64,000 bases of DNA from Podarcis liolepis (GCA_965112155.1 OZ218103.1), one strand, 5' to 3'. Counted from the first letter of the stretch, positions 50,593 to 64,000 are shown. Notes: generated by a model not told the origin, from the letters alone. A program made the numbers and translations.

Positions 50593-53107
50593 GTGGCACT
50601 AAGATTGTTTTGGGCATGGCTTTCAAGGCAAGGCTTTCCCTCAGGTAGCCTTCCTCAGGCTGGTGCTCCAAATGTTGAGACTTCCAACTGTCCTCAACCC
50701 CAGCCATCATGACAATGGGTAAAGGATTATGAGAACTGCAGTCCCAACATTTGGCAAGTGCCAGGCCGGGGAAGGATGTCTTAATATGGTTTGTTCTCAA
50801 ATAATGGGAATTCTGAAAGTGCTACTGGTCAGTGCAGCCAACCCATTGCAGTTGGGACAATACTTTATTATAAAACACAGTTTCCATTGCTATTCTGGAA
50901 CCACTACAAGGGCTGCTGGTAGACAGAAGAAACTCCTGGACTATAGCATCCATAATTTGTACTGCTTGTACTCACTAGCTGTCAGATTTAGTGCAAGTCT
51001 TAAGAACTAATCCCATAGCATATTCCCACCACTAATTCCAGAAGTTAAAATGAAATAATAAGCCTGTAAATAAGAATTCCATAGCCCCTCAGTTTTTGAT
51101 TTTTTGTGTTACAAATATGTTTTATGCTTTAAATGTATTGGCATTTTTTAAAAAAGGTAACAGCCAGCCAATGTTTTTTCTTTCCGCTAGCAGGTTACGT
51201 TTTAGGCCAAATGTATGTCAAGAGTCTCATTCTCTGCTGACTGAGCTATCACCTAACATAACATTGATTCTGAACTCAGTCGGACATGTTAGAAGTGGCA
51301 GTTATATAGAGATAGAAGCAAGAAGATCAAAGCTGCTAGGAATATTTCTGTCCTTTTTCTCACTGGTCAAGACTTCAAAACTGTATTCTCGTCACCCATG
51401 AATTGGGAAAGAATGGCATATGGTTGTGAAGACTGCTGTCCAAAAACTTACCAAAGTCAGAAGTGAGCAAATATATACCATGAGGAATTAACACAAAAAG
51501 GAACACCAGTCCAATACACAAGATAGCCGTGGGCCGGGCTTGTGCTGACAAAGCTCAAAGATGAATCCTGACTCTCATACTGAATCAGACCATTAGTCCA
51601 TCTAGCTCAGGTACTGACTGGCAGTGGCACTCAGGGTTTAAAGCAGTGGTCTCTCCCACCCATACCTAGAGATGCTAGGGATGGAGGAAGACATTTATGT
51701 CCATTCTGCTGTTGTTTGTCTTCTAACACAAACTACATTATTAGCCTCACTTTCCAATTTGTCAGAGTTTTACATTAATTGCTATTATTACGTTATTACA
51801 CACCATTTCGATGCAATGGTCATTCATTTCAATACACAGGGAACTCAATACAAATGGGGAAAGAAGCAATCAATCATGCACCACTGGCGAACTCAAAACA
51901 AGAGCGGATACCAATCGTATTCACTGAATTGATTTCTGTTCCAGACATGGGACAAATAAGTGAACATCGACATTTTCCACACCGATTTCCATCAGAATTC
52001 TGTGACAAGTCCAGAGATGCTGAGGACTGAACCTGGGATGTTTTCCCTGCAGAGCATGGACTCTACACTGAGCCAAGGCTCTTCCATCATTTATGTCATC
52101 TGAGAGACCTTTGTAAAACATATCTACAAAGTTACTACCTCATAAAACCCACTTGCTTACACATTCGTGGTCTTGGAAAAGAAACAGATTTGTTAAGTTT
52201 CTATGCCTATTTGCCACAGGTAATGAGGAAATGGGTTTTTACAAGGCAGATCTAGGCTCTGTGGGATTAAGGAGAGAAAGACGTCTGAAAATGCAATGGC
52301 ATGGATGCTTTTAAAAAATAACATGTGAAAACATGCATCATAAAAGAGATCAAGGTGGGAAACAGCTGCAATGCAACATCTTTGAAGACACCAGCATGGA
52401 ATTTTGTAACATAACCAAGGGTTTATTCCACAATATAAACTGCAACATTTGATACAAGCTACCAAAAAAGAAGAAAAAGCCAAAATACAGCTGTGGCCAT
52501 TACTTTACAGAGCTTTCTTGTCTCCTACATCACTAGTCCATCAGTGACACTAGAACCTAAACATTTGCTTTCTGTACATTAACCAATGCTAAAAGCACCA
52601 CACGCTGTTCAGAAATAGAATTCCAGTCACTGAAACCAGACACAGAAGTTATTGCTCAGATAAATAAACCTAGTCTACAAAATCAAAGGGGGGGGGGAGA
52701 ATCTAAAGTTTTCAAAAATGTTCAAAAGAGTAAACAGGGATTTCTTCAAAAAGAGGAATTATGGGAATTCTTAGTGCAGTGTTTTGCACCTAAACAGAGT
52801 TGATTAAATGTGCTGGTAAATTTCAAAGAGGTAATTTAATGCTATACATGAAAAGGTGCATGTTTTGATGCCTTCAAACTGGAGAAAAACCCCTGTCTGA
52901 ACAGTCAGCATTTCAAACCTCAATAACCACAAACAGCTTAAAGGATAAAAATACAAAAGTGTCAAATTGTTTTAAGGTCTGAAAAATGATCCCATTAGGA
53001 TAGAAGTAGCACCATTTGCAACTTGGCTCTAAAACCAGCCCAGTGGCTTTATGGAGGGGGGGGAAAGCTAATCTTCTGTTGTAGAGTCCTTATGTTCATC
53101 AGGCATG

Positions 53108-53245
53108 TTACTTTCGATATGGGGAGTCCTTTCCCGTACAGCTCACACATATGTAGTCTTCTTTTTCTGCCATTTCTGGAGAGACACCCACACATACTTG
53201 ATGGAACCACTGATTGCAGCAGCCATCACACTGGACCCAGTCCAC
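53108..53245 (-). CDS. KDM5B: KDM5B last coding exon (PHD3, stop TAA)
   Basis: [45 protein letters not shown]. Confidence 0.95.
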   Translation of the reverse strand: MDWVQCDGCCNQWFHQVCVGVSPEMAEKEDYICVSCTGKDSPYRK

Positions 53246-56200
53246 CTAGACACAAAGAGAGAGTCAAAAGTCGTCACACAACAACAAATATGGTACATCA
53301 CTTTTATATCTGTTTGCTAGCAAGTTTTCTGTAGCTACGTCTAGCAGTCTACTAGTACCATATCCTGTACTGGGCACAATACTTTGAGGAGATAGAAAAA
53401 CTGGTGTTCAGAAAACAGTCTTAGGGTGAAAGGCTGAAAGAACTGGGTTTGTTTGTTCTGGGTGGCCTACAATGCCCCCTCCAACTCTATGATTCTACCA
53501 AACCATGCATTTTTACATCCTTTATAGATATTTCCTTCAACTTACCTCATCACCTTCAGGCTGCAGGCAATTGACAGCTGGGCAGATGGCATCCTCATCT
53601 TCAGATTCTTCTTGTTCAGAGAAGGACATATCCGAAAGAAGCAACTGGCTTTCACCAGACCGCTGTATGTCAAACAACCTGTTTCTTTCCAGCTTGCTAG
53701 TACCCAGTTCCCTCAAATGAGATAATTTCAGTTTTTTCTTGTTGGGAGCTATTTTTCTGACCCGTGTTCTCATCTCACTGCAGAAATCTCCTCTCTCAAA
53801 ATGTCTCTTCAGCTTCCTTTCCACAGAGCAAATTCCATCTCTCTTTCCTCGACAAAAATCAGTCTACAAGAAACATGCATTAGAAGTTCATAAAGTACCA
53901 TGTAGCCAGTTCCTTATACTTCTGGCATGCTATGCAGTAACCATCCACACATTTAATGAGAAGCACATATTAAGCATGGGATGTGGGTGGCGCTGTGGGT
54001 TAAACCACAGAGCCTAGGACTTGTTGATCAGAAGGTCGGTGGTTCGAATCCCCGCAACGGGATGAGCTCCCGTTGCTCGGTCCCTGCTCCTGCAAATCTA
54101 GCAGTTCGAAAGCACGTCAAAGTGCAAGTAGATAAATAGGTACCGCTCCGGCGGGAAGGTAAACGGTGTTTCCGTGCGCTGCTCTGGTCCGCCAGAAGCG
54201 GCTTAGTCATGCTGCATGCTGGCCACATGACCTGGAAAAACTGTCTGCGGACAAATGTCGGCTCCCTTGGCCAGTAAAGCGAGATGAGCGCCGCAACCCC
54301 AGAGTCGTCCGTGACTGGACCTAATGGTCAAGGGTCCCTTTACTTTACCTTTACATATTAAGCATAATACTTCAGCATCTCTTTCTTATAGTACTTAAGA
54401 ATGAGATTTTTTTGAAAGGTTTTACCATTTTTTCAACACAGATACAAAAAACCTCCTTTCACCTTTTAAGTGCAAGGGAATTAATATTGAGAGCACACAT
54501 ATTGGCTGTGAGCTGCTACAGCATGCAAGCTATCCCTAACCACTTTTGGAGCTCATAAGCAATGTCACAAAAACCTGGACATTAGAGCTTTGGTATGGCA
54601 AAGCTTATGCAACAGAACGTTTGTAAGAATTCCATTGCAACTGCACATCTGGTGTACTTTTTTGGGGGGAAGGGGTACAGAGAAACAACTGATCTGGATT
54701 TCTAGTGTGGCCTCTCTATCATCTTCTGGTGGCTGATGTTGAGGGAGGGGAGAAATAAAAGTGATACACAGGAAAATGCTTCTGTGTGTGCATGTGTACT
54801 GTTGATGAGAGGGGGGGAAGCCTGTATTTACACTATAGCAATTAAAACAAGATTTTCAAACAAGCAGATTCAAGCAATCACTCCCTTTCTGAGATGGACC
54901 CCAGCCCCAAATATTTACCTTTTCACTTGTTGGTCCTACTGGTGACCTCTGTTCTGTCTTTGCAACTGGGCTTTGCTTTGTGAATAAGATCTCATACAGC
55001 TCTTGTATTTCGGGTAGTGAAACCTGTAGTAGTTGGGCTTCCATCATCAGTTCATTCAGCTCTGCACTAATGGCTAGAGTGACAAACAAAATAATTTTTA
55101 ATTATCAGTGGTGAAGTTACATAGCTTTAAAACTTTTCTTTCCAAAGCACATCAAGCAAATTGAAATTATTTTTACAAATTCTCTGCCTACAAGACCCTA
55201 CACAAAGGAGCTCATAATGTTATGTTTAGGATTTCACACTGATGAATGATAAGTACAGCATACTTACCATGAAGGGGGATGCAGTTTTGTCCTGTAGAGA
55301 AAGGAGAGTGTAAATGCATGGGTCTGTTATTCCAGTCATGTGGCAAAGAGAAAGATGTAGCACCAATTGTCTGTGAAACCTAATTAAAGAGAAGCAATTA
55401 AACACCACCTTATTTCTTTAACATGCTGTGAACTTGAATGATTATGGTGTTAAAATGTAACTTTAAATTAACAGTTGATTAAAATGACATGCCCGATATC
55501 TTAGTTTTAGAAAGTTCTATTATTATTATTTCAATTTATTACCCACTCTTCACCATAAGGTTCTATGTCTGGCTACAACAATTTAAAACACAATATTATA
55601 ACCATCTAAAACAAACTGAAGTCACTGGATTAGGTCCTCTTTTGGACTGGAAACTGATTAAGGAACAGGAAGCAGAAGTGAGGAATAAACAATTTTCCAC
55701 AACAGAGTAATGCATGTAGGCAATATCAGTATTGGAGCAGGTGCTATTTAATTTAGTCATAAGTGATCTGGAGTTAGGGGTGACGTAGGAAAGTTTGCAG
55801 TAAATACAGTACCAATTTATCCAGGATTGTGAAAACTCAACAAACATGTGAGGAGCTCCAAAAAGCATCTCACCAAACTGGGTGGATGGCCAGCAAAAAG
55901 TAGCAAATGAAAAGCCAAATGTGAAGGGGCAAAACATTCTAACCACACATTCAGTAATAGGGTCTAATCTGTCTGTGACTTGGGGGGAAAAGTCTTAGGG
56001 GGTTAAAGAGACAACTAACGAAAAATGTCAACTCCTGTGTGTAGAAGTAAAAAAAGCAAATTCCATGTTATGATTGCCTCGTCTCAAAAAAGGCACATAG
56101 AAAACAGGAAAGAAAAGGGCAACCAACATTGTTAGGAGCTGATCACCTTCCTGAATGGATTTGGGGCTTTTTAGATAAGAATAAATGATGAAATGGGAAT

Positions 56201-59200
56201 GTGACAGAAGTTAACAATGTTATACTGTACGTTATGGAGAAAGTGGGTGTTTTATTTTTTACTCTCTCTTATAACATCAGAACTTGGGGTAACTCAATGA
56301 AACTCCTTGGCAGTAGATTCATGACAAACAAAATTAAGTACTACCTCAACACACTACTGGATAAATAGTAATTTAGAGGGCTTTTAGAGGGCTTTAAAAA
56401 GACACCTTATGGAGGTGGTCTATCAATGGCTATAAGCCATTATAGCTAAAAGGAACAGTTGGGGGGCAGAGTAGTGGGACAACAGTGGGGCTATTCTCCC
56501 GAAGGTATCTGGTTGACCACTGTGAGACACAGAATACCACACTAGACCTTTAGTCTGATTGAGCAAAGCTTATCTCACATTGCTATACAAGATGTGCCTG
56601 TCCTTTGCAGACAAAAGACTGTCACATTAAGGTAGGGGAGAAAGGAGCTTCATTTTCCATGAGAAACACATAACCATTTCATTTGGGGAAGTCACTGGAG
56701 GGGTCAACATTTACACCACTTTAAAATGATGGCAAATTATTGCCTTCTCTCCAGTTTGGCTTTGTGATACCACATAGGTAAAGGGGCCCATGACCATTAG
56801 GTCCAGCCGTGACCGACTCTGGGGTTGCGGTGCTCATCTCGCTTTATTGGCTGAGGGAGCCGGCGTACAGATTCCGGGTCATTTGGCTAAGCTGCTTCTG
56901 GCGAACCAGAGCAGTGCACGGAAACGCCGTTTACCTTCCCGCTGGAGCAGTACCTATTTATCTACTTGCACTTTGACATGCTTTCAAACTGCTAGGTTGG
57001 CAGGAGCTGGGACCAAGCAACGGGAGCTCACCCAGTCGCGGGGATTTGAACCTCCGACCTTCTGATTGGCAAGTCCTAGGCTCTGTGGTTTAACCCACAG
57101 CACCACACACGTCCCTTGTGATACCACATAGTCAAATCTAATTAGACGTTGGGGGAGGGGGGTCTTCCCCCCCCCCAAGACAAATAGTCAAACAAGTTTA
57201 ATTCCAACCCAGCTAAACAGACTGTGACATCAGATCAGCTGGTCCACAAGCAGATTGGGGATCCATGACAGAGGAGCTGATGAAGGGCCAGAGACGCAAC
57301 ACTGATAAGAGAGCCCTCTTATCAACTGAGCAGGAAAGCAGGGGTACAGGAGGATTTACTTTATTCTAAATGATACAGTTTAGGACAGGAACATAAGGCA
57401 GCTTAAATCCACGACAAGGATACGTATCAAGGAGGGAGAGTAGAATTCATTGCCTAATAGGACAATCCATTAAGTAATAAATGTGCGTGAACCAAGGCTG
57501 GGAATTAGCATGTAATTCCTTAATAATTTACCACAGTATTGTTGGCTCAGAGTTCAGATAAATGTGTTAATTAGATGTTGCGCAACACATCCTGGTGAGC
57601 TCCCTGTATCAAGGAGAAGCTTACCTTACTTGTCTCTTGCAACTGGCCTGCCATGGTTTGCCATCTGCTGTATAGTATACCTGAGCCCACTTTGTCTTGT
57701 ATAAGTTTTATATTCCCTGAGGACAACATCTGCTGTGCTCTATGTTGCCAGTTCACGGTTCTCTCTATCATATACCGTAAAGCATCTCCCTCAGGCAGTC
57801 TCACTCGAATACGCTGCAAGGAAGCCAGTAAAGGTAGAATCTTTTCTAAAGGTGGCTTTTCAGATCTATGACAGTGAGGGCAGAGCCACACCCGAGGTTC
57901 CTGCAAAGTTCTGGGCACTGAAACACAGCTGGTATGGAAGACCGCTCTGCATAGTTCACACTGTATCATTGGTGCTGCGGGCTCACTCTGGCAGAGACAA
58001 ACTTTGATCTCTACATCCTGTTCAGTGGAGAATATTTTTTTTTCATTTGCTGCTCTAAGTGAATGCAGTGCTTCCATCTCCTTTAAGCGAGCTTCACCAA
58101 GTGTGGCCATCTGGAAGAAAATGACATGAAAACAGTCAAATTCCTCAGAGCAAGATTTTTAAACTGAAGGGCTTAACTATAATTTTCTCCAAATCTTGCA
58201 AGAAAGCTTTAGATGATCCTCAGGGTCCTGCCAACTCTACAATTCTATGATTCGAACTAGGGAGTCAAACCAGATGTGTTCCTTTTGAACTTTTTTTTAA
58301 TGGCACATTGTCTGACACTTCATCAAATGTTAAGGGATACACTTACATGTAGAGTAAGAGGCTTGACTTTCATTAACAGAAGATCCATCCCAAACACATA
58401 TTATCTCAATCCTCAGAAAGTCCAATTTTTAAAATGTATTAAAACATGCCCTCTTTATTTGGGAGAGAACACAAAAACCTATACAGTCATACCTTGGGTT
58501 ACAAACGCTCTGGACCGTGCTGAACCTGGAAGTACCGGAACGAGTTACTTCCTGGTTTCGGCACTCACGCAGGCGCAAAATAACATCACGCGCATGCGCA
58601 GAAGCGCCAGATCGCGTCATGTGCAGAAGCGCCAAATCGTGTCATGCACATGCGCAAACGCGGTGCTGCAGGTTGCGAATGTGCCTCCCGCACAGATCAC
58701 GTTCACAACCCAAAGTATGACTGTACTAGACAAAAAAGGATTAGTGTGCATCTCCACACCCAAGGAAATGGAAGAAATGAAGCATCATAAAAGAACAAAG
58801 CAAGAGAAAAGCTTAATCTACTGAACACCTATTTCCAAACCCATTTCTAACAGTATACATACCGCAGCAGAAGTTTCCTTACTCTCAGATAAAGCTCTTT
58901 CCAAATCATTTAAACTCTCTAATTTGGTGCTCTTCTTTTTTCCATTTGGGACAGGCTCTTTTAATTTCTTCATTTTTCTTTTAAATCCCAACGTTCCAAT
59001 ATCACATCTTGGACACAAAACCTGGTGAAGAGTCAGAACAACCATTATTCATCCTTGTGTAAAACAGCATAATCATATCTTCCTTGTAAATGGTCAATCC
59101 ACAGTAGCTGTGTTAGTCTGTTGTGGCAAAAGCAATAAAGATCCATCTGAATCAGGATATTCTCAGCTATGAAAGGTCATGCTTTCAAAAAAGAGAGATC

Positions 59201-62200
59201 CAACAAGACACTGACCTGTTTCACAAAACACAAAAAGACAAACTTGTAGGCTCCTGGAGAGGAGCTCACAATAATTTTACTCCTCCCAAGTACTTTTTAC
59301 TACTGTTTCACACCTAGTTAAACCAAGGTTTGGCTTAATGCTTTACCAGAAGTGCTACTCATGGTCCAGGGGTCCTTTACCTTACCTTTTACTCATGGTT
59401 AAGCTAACTGCTCACTAAACATGAGCTGTAGCCAAGAACAAACATGGGAGGTGGTATACACTAAACAGAAGACTGCACATACATCTTTTAAAATATGATA
59501 GTCATCAGTCACCTGAACCTTGAGGGCTGTCAGTTGCAGCACTTACTTCTTGTATAATCCCACTTCCCATATCATAGTTATCTGGGAATATCAAGGGCCA
59601 AACTAGTTACTGCACATAGTCATGTATAACATCGTCCTGATAGACCTCTCTGAACCATGAAAGCCACCTTTTGGAGGGACAATTAGGAATAATGTGGTCC
59701 AGCTCAGGACTTCATGACTTCCATGACAACCATGGATCAGTCATAAGTTTGTCACTGGCCTGACACAGAAAGCATATACTTTTGTCTTTGCCTTGGTGAG
59801 GAACTTATCAATATGGATTCTTGCATTCTAGGTAAATTCCTGGCAGCTAAGGATGCGGAGGCCTTAGTTTCACGGTGGAATGGTGAGATGTGATAGGCCA
59901 TTGGCATGATAGAGCCTGAATGCCCCTGTGGTTTTGTGTGGAGCTTCAGGCCAGACAATGGCTTAAGCACAATAGGCATAAGGCCTGCTGTGAGGGTAAC
60001 TGAACACTTACTACTAGAACACATAATTGTGCCTACTGCATAGTGGTGAAGGCAACAATGAAGGCTTAGTTTGCAGCCTCCATCAAATCCTCGAGTAGCT
60101 GCCACAGGAAACAGTATGCTGGAACCCTCAGAAGCCTGCTATGGGAGTTTTGCTAGGCAATTTTAGGCCAAAATTCTTGATTTCATAGTGATCCAAATAC
60201 CATAGTTGGGACAAATCTATGTCAGGTGTCTTGTCCAGTTTTGTGGGATACTTTCAGTCAACCCTTGACTCTTAATTTCTATGTGGTGTGTATATATCAC
60301 AAATACTGAATTAAAAGCATGTATACACCATAAACTGCTTACCTCAAGAAGAGAATAAGGTGAATTCTCAGTCAAAAAAGTATTGTTTGCACACTCTTTC
60401 CAAGTTTGAACCTCGGCAACTAATGATTCTAATCTTGGCAGATATTCAAGATGTACTGGAATAGAACGACTTCTAGACACAAGTTCCACAAGTGTATCTA
60501 ACACAGGCACACGTCCACCAACCTAACAGAGTAGAAACATTATTTTAAAAAAAAACATTAAAGTAATTGCATTATTCTGCTGCATGCCTATCTAAGGCAG
60601 ATACGGAGAACTTGTGGGACTACTGATATTGCTGGACTACATGCTGGCTGGGGTTGATGGGAGTCCCAACAAGATCTGAAGGATCACAGGTTCCCCATCC
60701 CTACCCTCAGGAAACATCAGTTGTACAACTTAAATTTCTGCCAGCAGTTGAACACCACACAGTCTACAGAAACAAATGAAGTTAGAGTGAAATCACTAAT
60801 GAACATCACTGATGATCAGTAGATATATCTTTCCTACCTGTAAGCCCTCCACTTCCTGTAGCCAGTCTTTGGCCTTTTTTACAGCCTCTTTCAGAGCTAT
60901 GCCATTTGGAAGGTAAGCAGGAATTTCCTCAATCTCCTTCACTGCTGCTTCAAGACTACTTAATGACTGCCGTGGTCTTAAAATAAACAAACATATATGA
61001 TCAAAATGTTGTATTATTACTCAAACGCTAGTGCAAAATTGCTATTGGCCAAACAATTATAGTATCATAAGGCACTTCTTGTCGGTATGGGATGTCAACA
61101 GACAAATTAGAAGCATATATAATTCAGTTTAAATTACAGGCAACCCCCCATTTATGTAGGGGTCACATTCCAGGTCATCACATGTGTATGCCCACCCTGC
61201 TTCTCTTCCAACGCTGAACATGCACAAATTGAGAATTGCCTGCATAAGGTTCCCATATCTTGAAGGCCAATAAGGAGGACGCAGGGGGAGGGATTCTGGG
61301 GAGGTGGGGGCTCCTTTAAACTTCTCCACTGGGGGTGTGCAGCTGCCCGCCTCTCAATTGAGAAGTTTAAAGGAGACCCCCACCATGCCTCCGGCAGACC
61401 AGGTGGGGGATCCATTAGACTTCCCACCCCCCACCGCCAAGCAGCAGCAGCTGAGGCAGGCCAGCACACTTGCCCCATCCAAGGCTGCCTTGGCGCATGG
61501 GTTGGGCAAGGCAGAGGCAGAGGCAGAGGCAGCCCAGCATCTGCATCAGAGAGCCCTGAAGGCAGTGCAAGGGCTCTGTTGTGATGCTGCTGCTGGGCTG
61601 CCACTGCCTTGCCCAGCTGGGGAGCGGGAGCAAGCCAAAGCAGCCGGCTCCTTCCATGCTCTCTCTGCCTGCATATGCTGCTTGCAAAGCAGTTCAGCAA
61701 ACTCATGCATACACACACAGACTCCGCCCCCCCACCAACACACTTTTTTGCTAAGGAAAATATTCCCCACATATGCGATTTTTACATTTTAATCAGGGGA
61801 ATGGGGACCAAGAGTTGGAAGATTCTCTCAGCCCGATGGTGATAACATAAAAATAAGAGGGAGGAATTCAACATTGCACTCTTCTGATCTTTCCTCTTCC
61901 TATGTGGTGCTCTGGGGAGTATTTCTGACCCTTCTGAGTGGATTTGGGGAAGTGGGGGAGGAGCGAAGCCCATATACACTAGTGAGAGCCCTTGTGATGG
62001 TCTTCACTAGTGTGCATGGTTACCTGAATCCGGGGCAGAGTTCTAGCCTGGTCACTTTCCTGACAACAGTTTTTTATGTGCAGAGATTCTGTATGCATGT
62101 ATATATATACTGTACATACATACATACAGAGAAGCATTGAGACACATAAGGCTCCATCTTGAAGTCTAAAGTGGTACAGGTCAGAAGCAAGTTAATGCCT

Positions 62201-62801
62201 GTAGTTAAAACTAGGCTCAATACATTACTGTAGGACTCGTTGTCACCCAAATGCCAACAAGTGGAAGATGGGTTAACCATTTCCTGCCTGCTGCGACAGA
62301 GAATATACCATCTCACTTTCTTTCCTGTACACAGAGTGCTACAGACTCACCTTTCCTCATTTTTGTGAAAGTTTGGGAAAATAATTACTTGAAAGCAGTG
62401 TGTGGTAACTGCAATAGTTATGAAAGAGGAAGATTCCGTTTTTACCTGGCTTTTATCAGGGTTCTAGCCTTGTCATCCCAGTGTTCAGATACTGTCAACA
62501 GCTCTTGCAGCTTAGCCATTGCCTTCTCAACAGCAGGATGAGGAGCGAGCCCAACACCAGAGTCTATAAGTCTTCTCATATCATCCAGAGTAAGAGAATT
62601 TTGGTCCAAGCAAACATGCTGCACATCTTCCAGCCAGTGGGCTTGCTCTAGGCGTATCCGTAATTCACTTAGCTGGGGAAGATCAACATCAAAGTCAAAA
62701 CTGACATCCAAGAGTTCCTGTATTTCTGAAGCACTGGGAATTTCTTCAGAGAGGAGTTTTTGGCTATACTTCTGAAAGTCTTCCACACGATTAAGAAGAT
62801 C
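53108..62801 (-). CDS. KDM5B: Lysine demethylase 5B (JARID1B/PLU-1), last 9 coding exons (PLU-1 region, PHD2, PHD3); 5' part lies beyond the right edge
   Basis: Exons 62801-62446, 60976-60838, 60522-60343, 59021-58863, 58110-57625, 55379-55268, 55073-54919, 53863-53546, 53245-53108 total 2043 nt in frame. The C-terminus is [45 protein letters not shown]. Confidence 0.96.
53546..53863 (-). CDS. KDM5B: KDM5B penultimate coding exon
   Basis: [20 protein letters not shown]...[22 protein letters not shown]. Confidence 0.93.
53978..54352 (+). mobile_element. Sauria SINE
   Basis: Same consensus; 13-bp TSD ACATATTAAGCAT (53965-53977, 54353-54365). Confidence 0.92.
54919..55073 (-). CDS. KDM5B: KDM5B exon
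   Basis: [51 protein letters not shown]. Confidence 0.93.
55268..55379 (-). CDS. KDM5B: KDM5B exon
   Basis: [37 protein letters not shown]. Confidence 0.9.
56000..56575 (+). mobile_element. Degenerate CR1 LINE 3' fragment
   Basis: CR1-like AAAAGGGCAACCAA...GGCAGTAGATTCATGACAAACAAAA...ATGGAG..TCTATCAATGGCTA motifs; a similar tail lies at ~11095-11285. Confidence 0.55.
56778..57115 (-). mobile_element. Sauria SINE
   Basis: Same consensus; TSD TTGTGATACCACATAG (56762-56777, 57116-57131). Confidence 0.92.
57625..58110 (-). CDS. KDM5B: KDM5B exon (PHD2)
   Basis: [13 protein letters not shown]...[27 protein letters not shown]...WLCPHC...QETSK. Confidence 0.95.
58484..58723. mobile_element. Tc1/mariner-type MITE
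   Basis: TIRs CAGTCATACCTTGGGTT / AACCCAAAGTATGACTG; TA TSD. Confidence 0.8.
58863..59021 (-). CDS. KDM5B: KDM5B exon
   Basis: [53 protein letters not shown]. Confidence 0.95.
60343..60522 (-). CDS. KDM5B: KDM5B exon
   Basis: [34 protein letters not shown]...SPYSLLE. Confidence 0.95.
60838..60976 (-). CDS. KDM5B: KDM5B exon
   Basis: [46 protein letters not shown]. Confidence 0.95.
62446..62801 (-). CDS. KDM5B: KDM5B exon (9th from last)
   Basis: [20 protein letters not shown]...[12 protein letters not shown]. Confidence 0.95.
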
Positions 62802-63260
62802 CTGAAATATAAAGAAGCAAAATATGTCAAGGGTTTAAAACTCTCCCACCAAAATATCATGAAATCTATTCTATCACTTTCACCTGAACAGCAAGCGACC
62901 TAGCAGGCTTTTCAGAATGCCAGGCATATTTGTTTCCAAGAAGTAAAAAAATAATAATTCCTCAGATTTTAAGATTTCTGAACAAATCTCATTTTAAGAG
63001 CTTATCAACTTTGCCAAGATCTGCTTAAATAAATAATGACCAAAAATTCTGATGTGTTTCAGAATTTTGTATGAGTTAACCAAGTCAACTTTATTAGATG
63101 TGGATTTTGGTCAGGGAGAGCTCCAATCTGAATTCATATTCTTCCTGCTCTTAGGAAGTGACAACTCCCTGGGGTAAGGTTTCTACACCAAGAAAGCATA
63201 GAAAATTAGTAATGCAGACCTGCCAATTTACATTCATTTAAAACTATGTTCAAATACATA

Positions 63261-63876
63261 CAGTGGTACCCCGCAAGACGAACACCTCGCAAGACGGAAA
63301 ACCCGCTAGACGAAAGGGTTTTCCGTTTTGGAGGCGCTTCGCAAAACGAATTTCCCTATGGGCTTGCTTCGCAAGACAGCCCATAGGGAAATCTCCGGGA
63401 CAGCGGGGAAGCGCAGCGTGTCTTCCCCACTGTCCTCGGACCTCCTCCCCCCGCCCGGCATCGGAACGAAGCTCTGGTGCCGGGCGGGGGGGGGGGGGCG
63501 CCTCCTCCTGCCGCCCAGCTTCGGATGGCTTTCCAGAAGACTTGGGGTGGGAGGAGGGTTTTCCTTCCCACCGCCAACATTCAGAATGCTGTTCTGAATG
63601 TTGGCGGTGCGGAGGAAAAACCCTCCTCCCACGCAAGCCCCGGGAACAGAGGGAAAGCGCTGCGCGCCTTCCCCTCTGTTCCCGTACCTGTCCTGAAGGC
63701 TTGTGGTGGGGAGAAAAGCCCTTCTCCGCACCGCCAGCCTGGCAAGCGGTTTCCCTAGGAACGCATTAATTGATTTTCAATGCATTCCTATGGGAAACCG
63801 TGCTTCGCAAGACGAAAAACTCGCAAGAAGAAAAAACTTGCGGAACCAATTAATTTCGTCTTGCGAGGCACCACTG
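63261..63876. mobile_element. Tigger-like MITE, same termini as 16996-17324, GC-rich interior
   Basis: TIRs CAGTGGTACCCCGCAAGACGAA / TTCGTCTTGCGAGGCACCACTG; TA TSD. Confidence 0.85.
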
Positions 63877-63964
63877 TACACCAAAATATGATATATGTCT
63901 GGTTTGCACAAAACACTAACCCATGGTTTATTAAAACCACTGTTTGTTTGATTGCGCAGGGGCC

Positions 63965-64000
<36 letters not shown>

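Noticed and set aside
61129-61842. GC-rich ORFs up to 206 aa in a KDM5B intron (similar cases at 22992-23760, 34597-35140, 63250-63971)
   Set aside because: Lie in low-complexity interiors of non-autonomous DNA transposons; no transposase or other domain motifs.

Overview
Vertebrate genomic DNA, most likely a squamate (lacertid-like lizard, inferred from Sauria SINEs, a BovB tail and Tc1/mariner- and hAT-type MITEs). Three spliced protein-coding genes lie in tandem on the minus strand. KDM5B contributes its last 9 coding exons (62801->53108). IPO9 is complete, with 24 coding exons (45760->16117, 1036 aa) and one AT-AC U12 minor intron. LZTR1 contributes its first 10 coding exons (10584->986) and runs off the left edge. 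Exons were traced by hand from splice sites and reading-frame continuity. The main unexpected element, missed by the ORF track, is a processed CYB5B (cytochrome b5 type B) pseudogene at 46055-47080. It has a poly(A) signal, poly(A) tail and target-site duplication, and is inserted immediately upstream of the IPO9 CpG-island promoter. Most other ORFs in the track are shadow ORFs in repeats or CpG islands. No prokaryotic-type systems such as CRISPR or operons are present. Comparisons with human and chicken sequences are from recall, not from a search.
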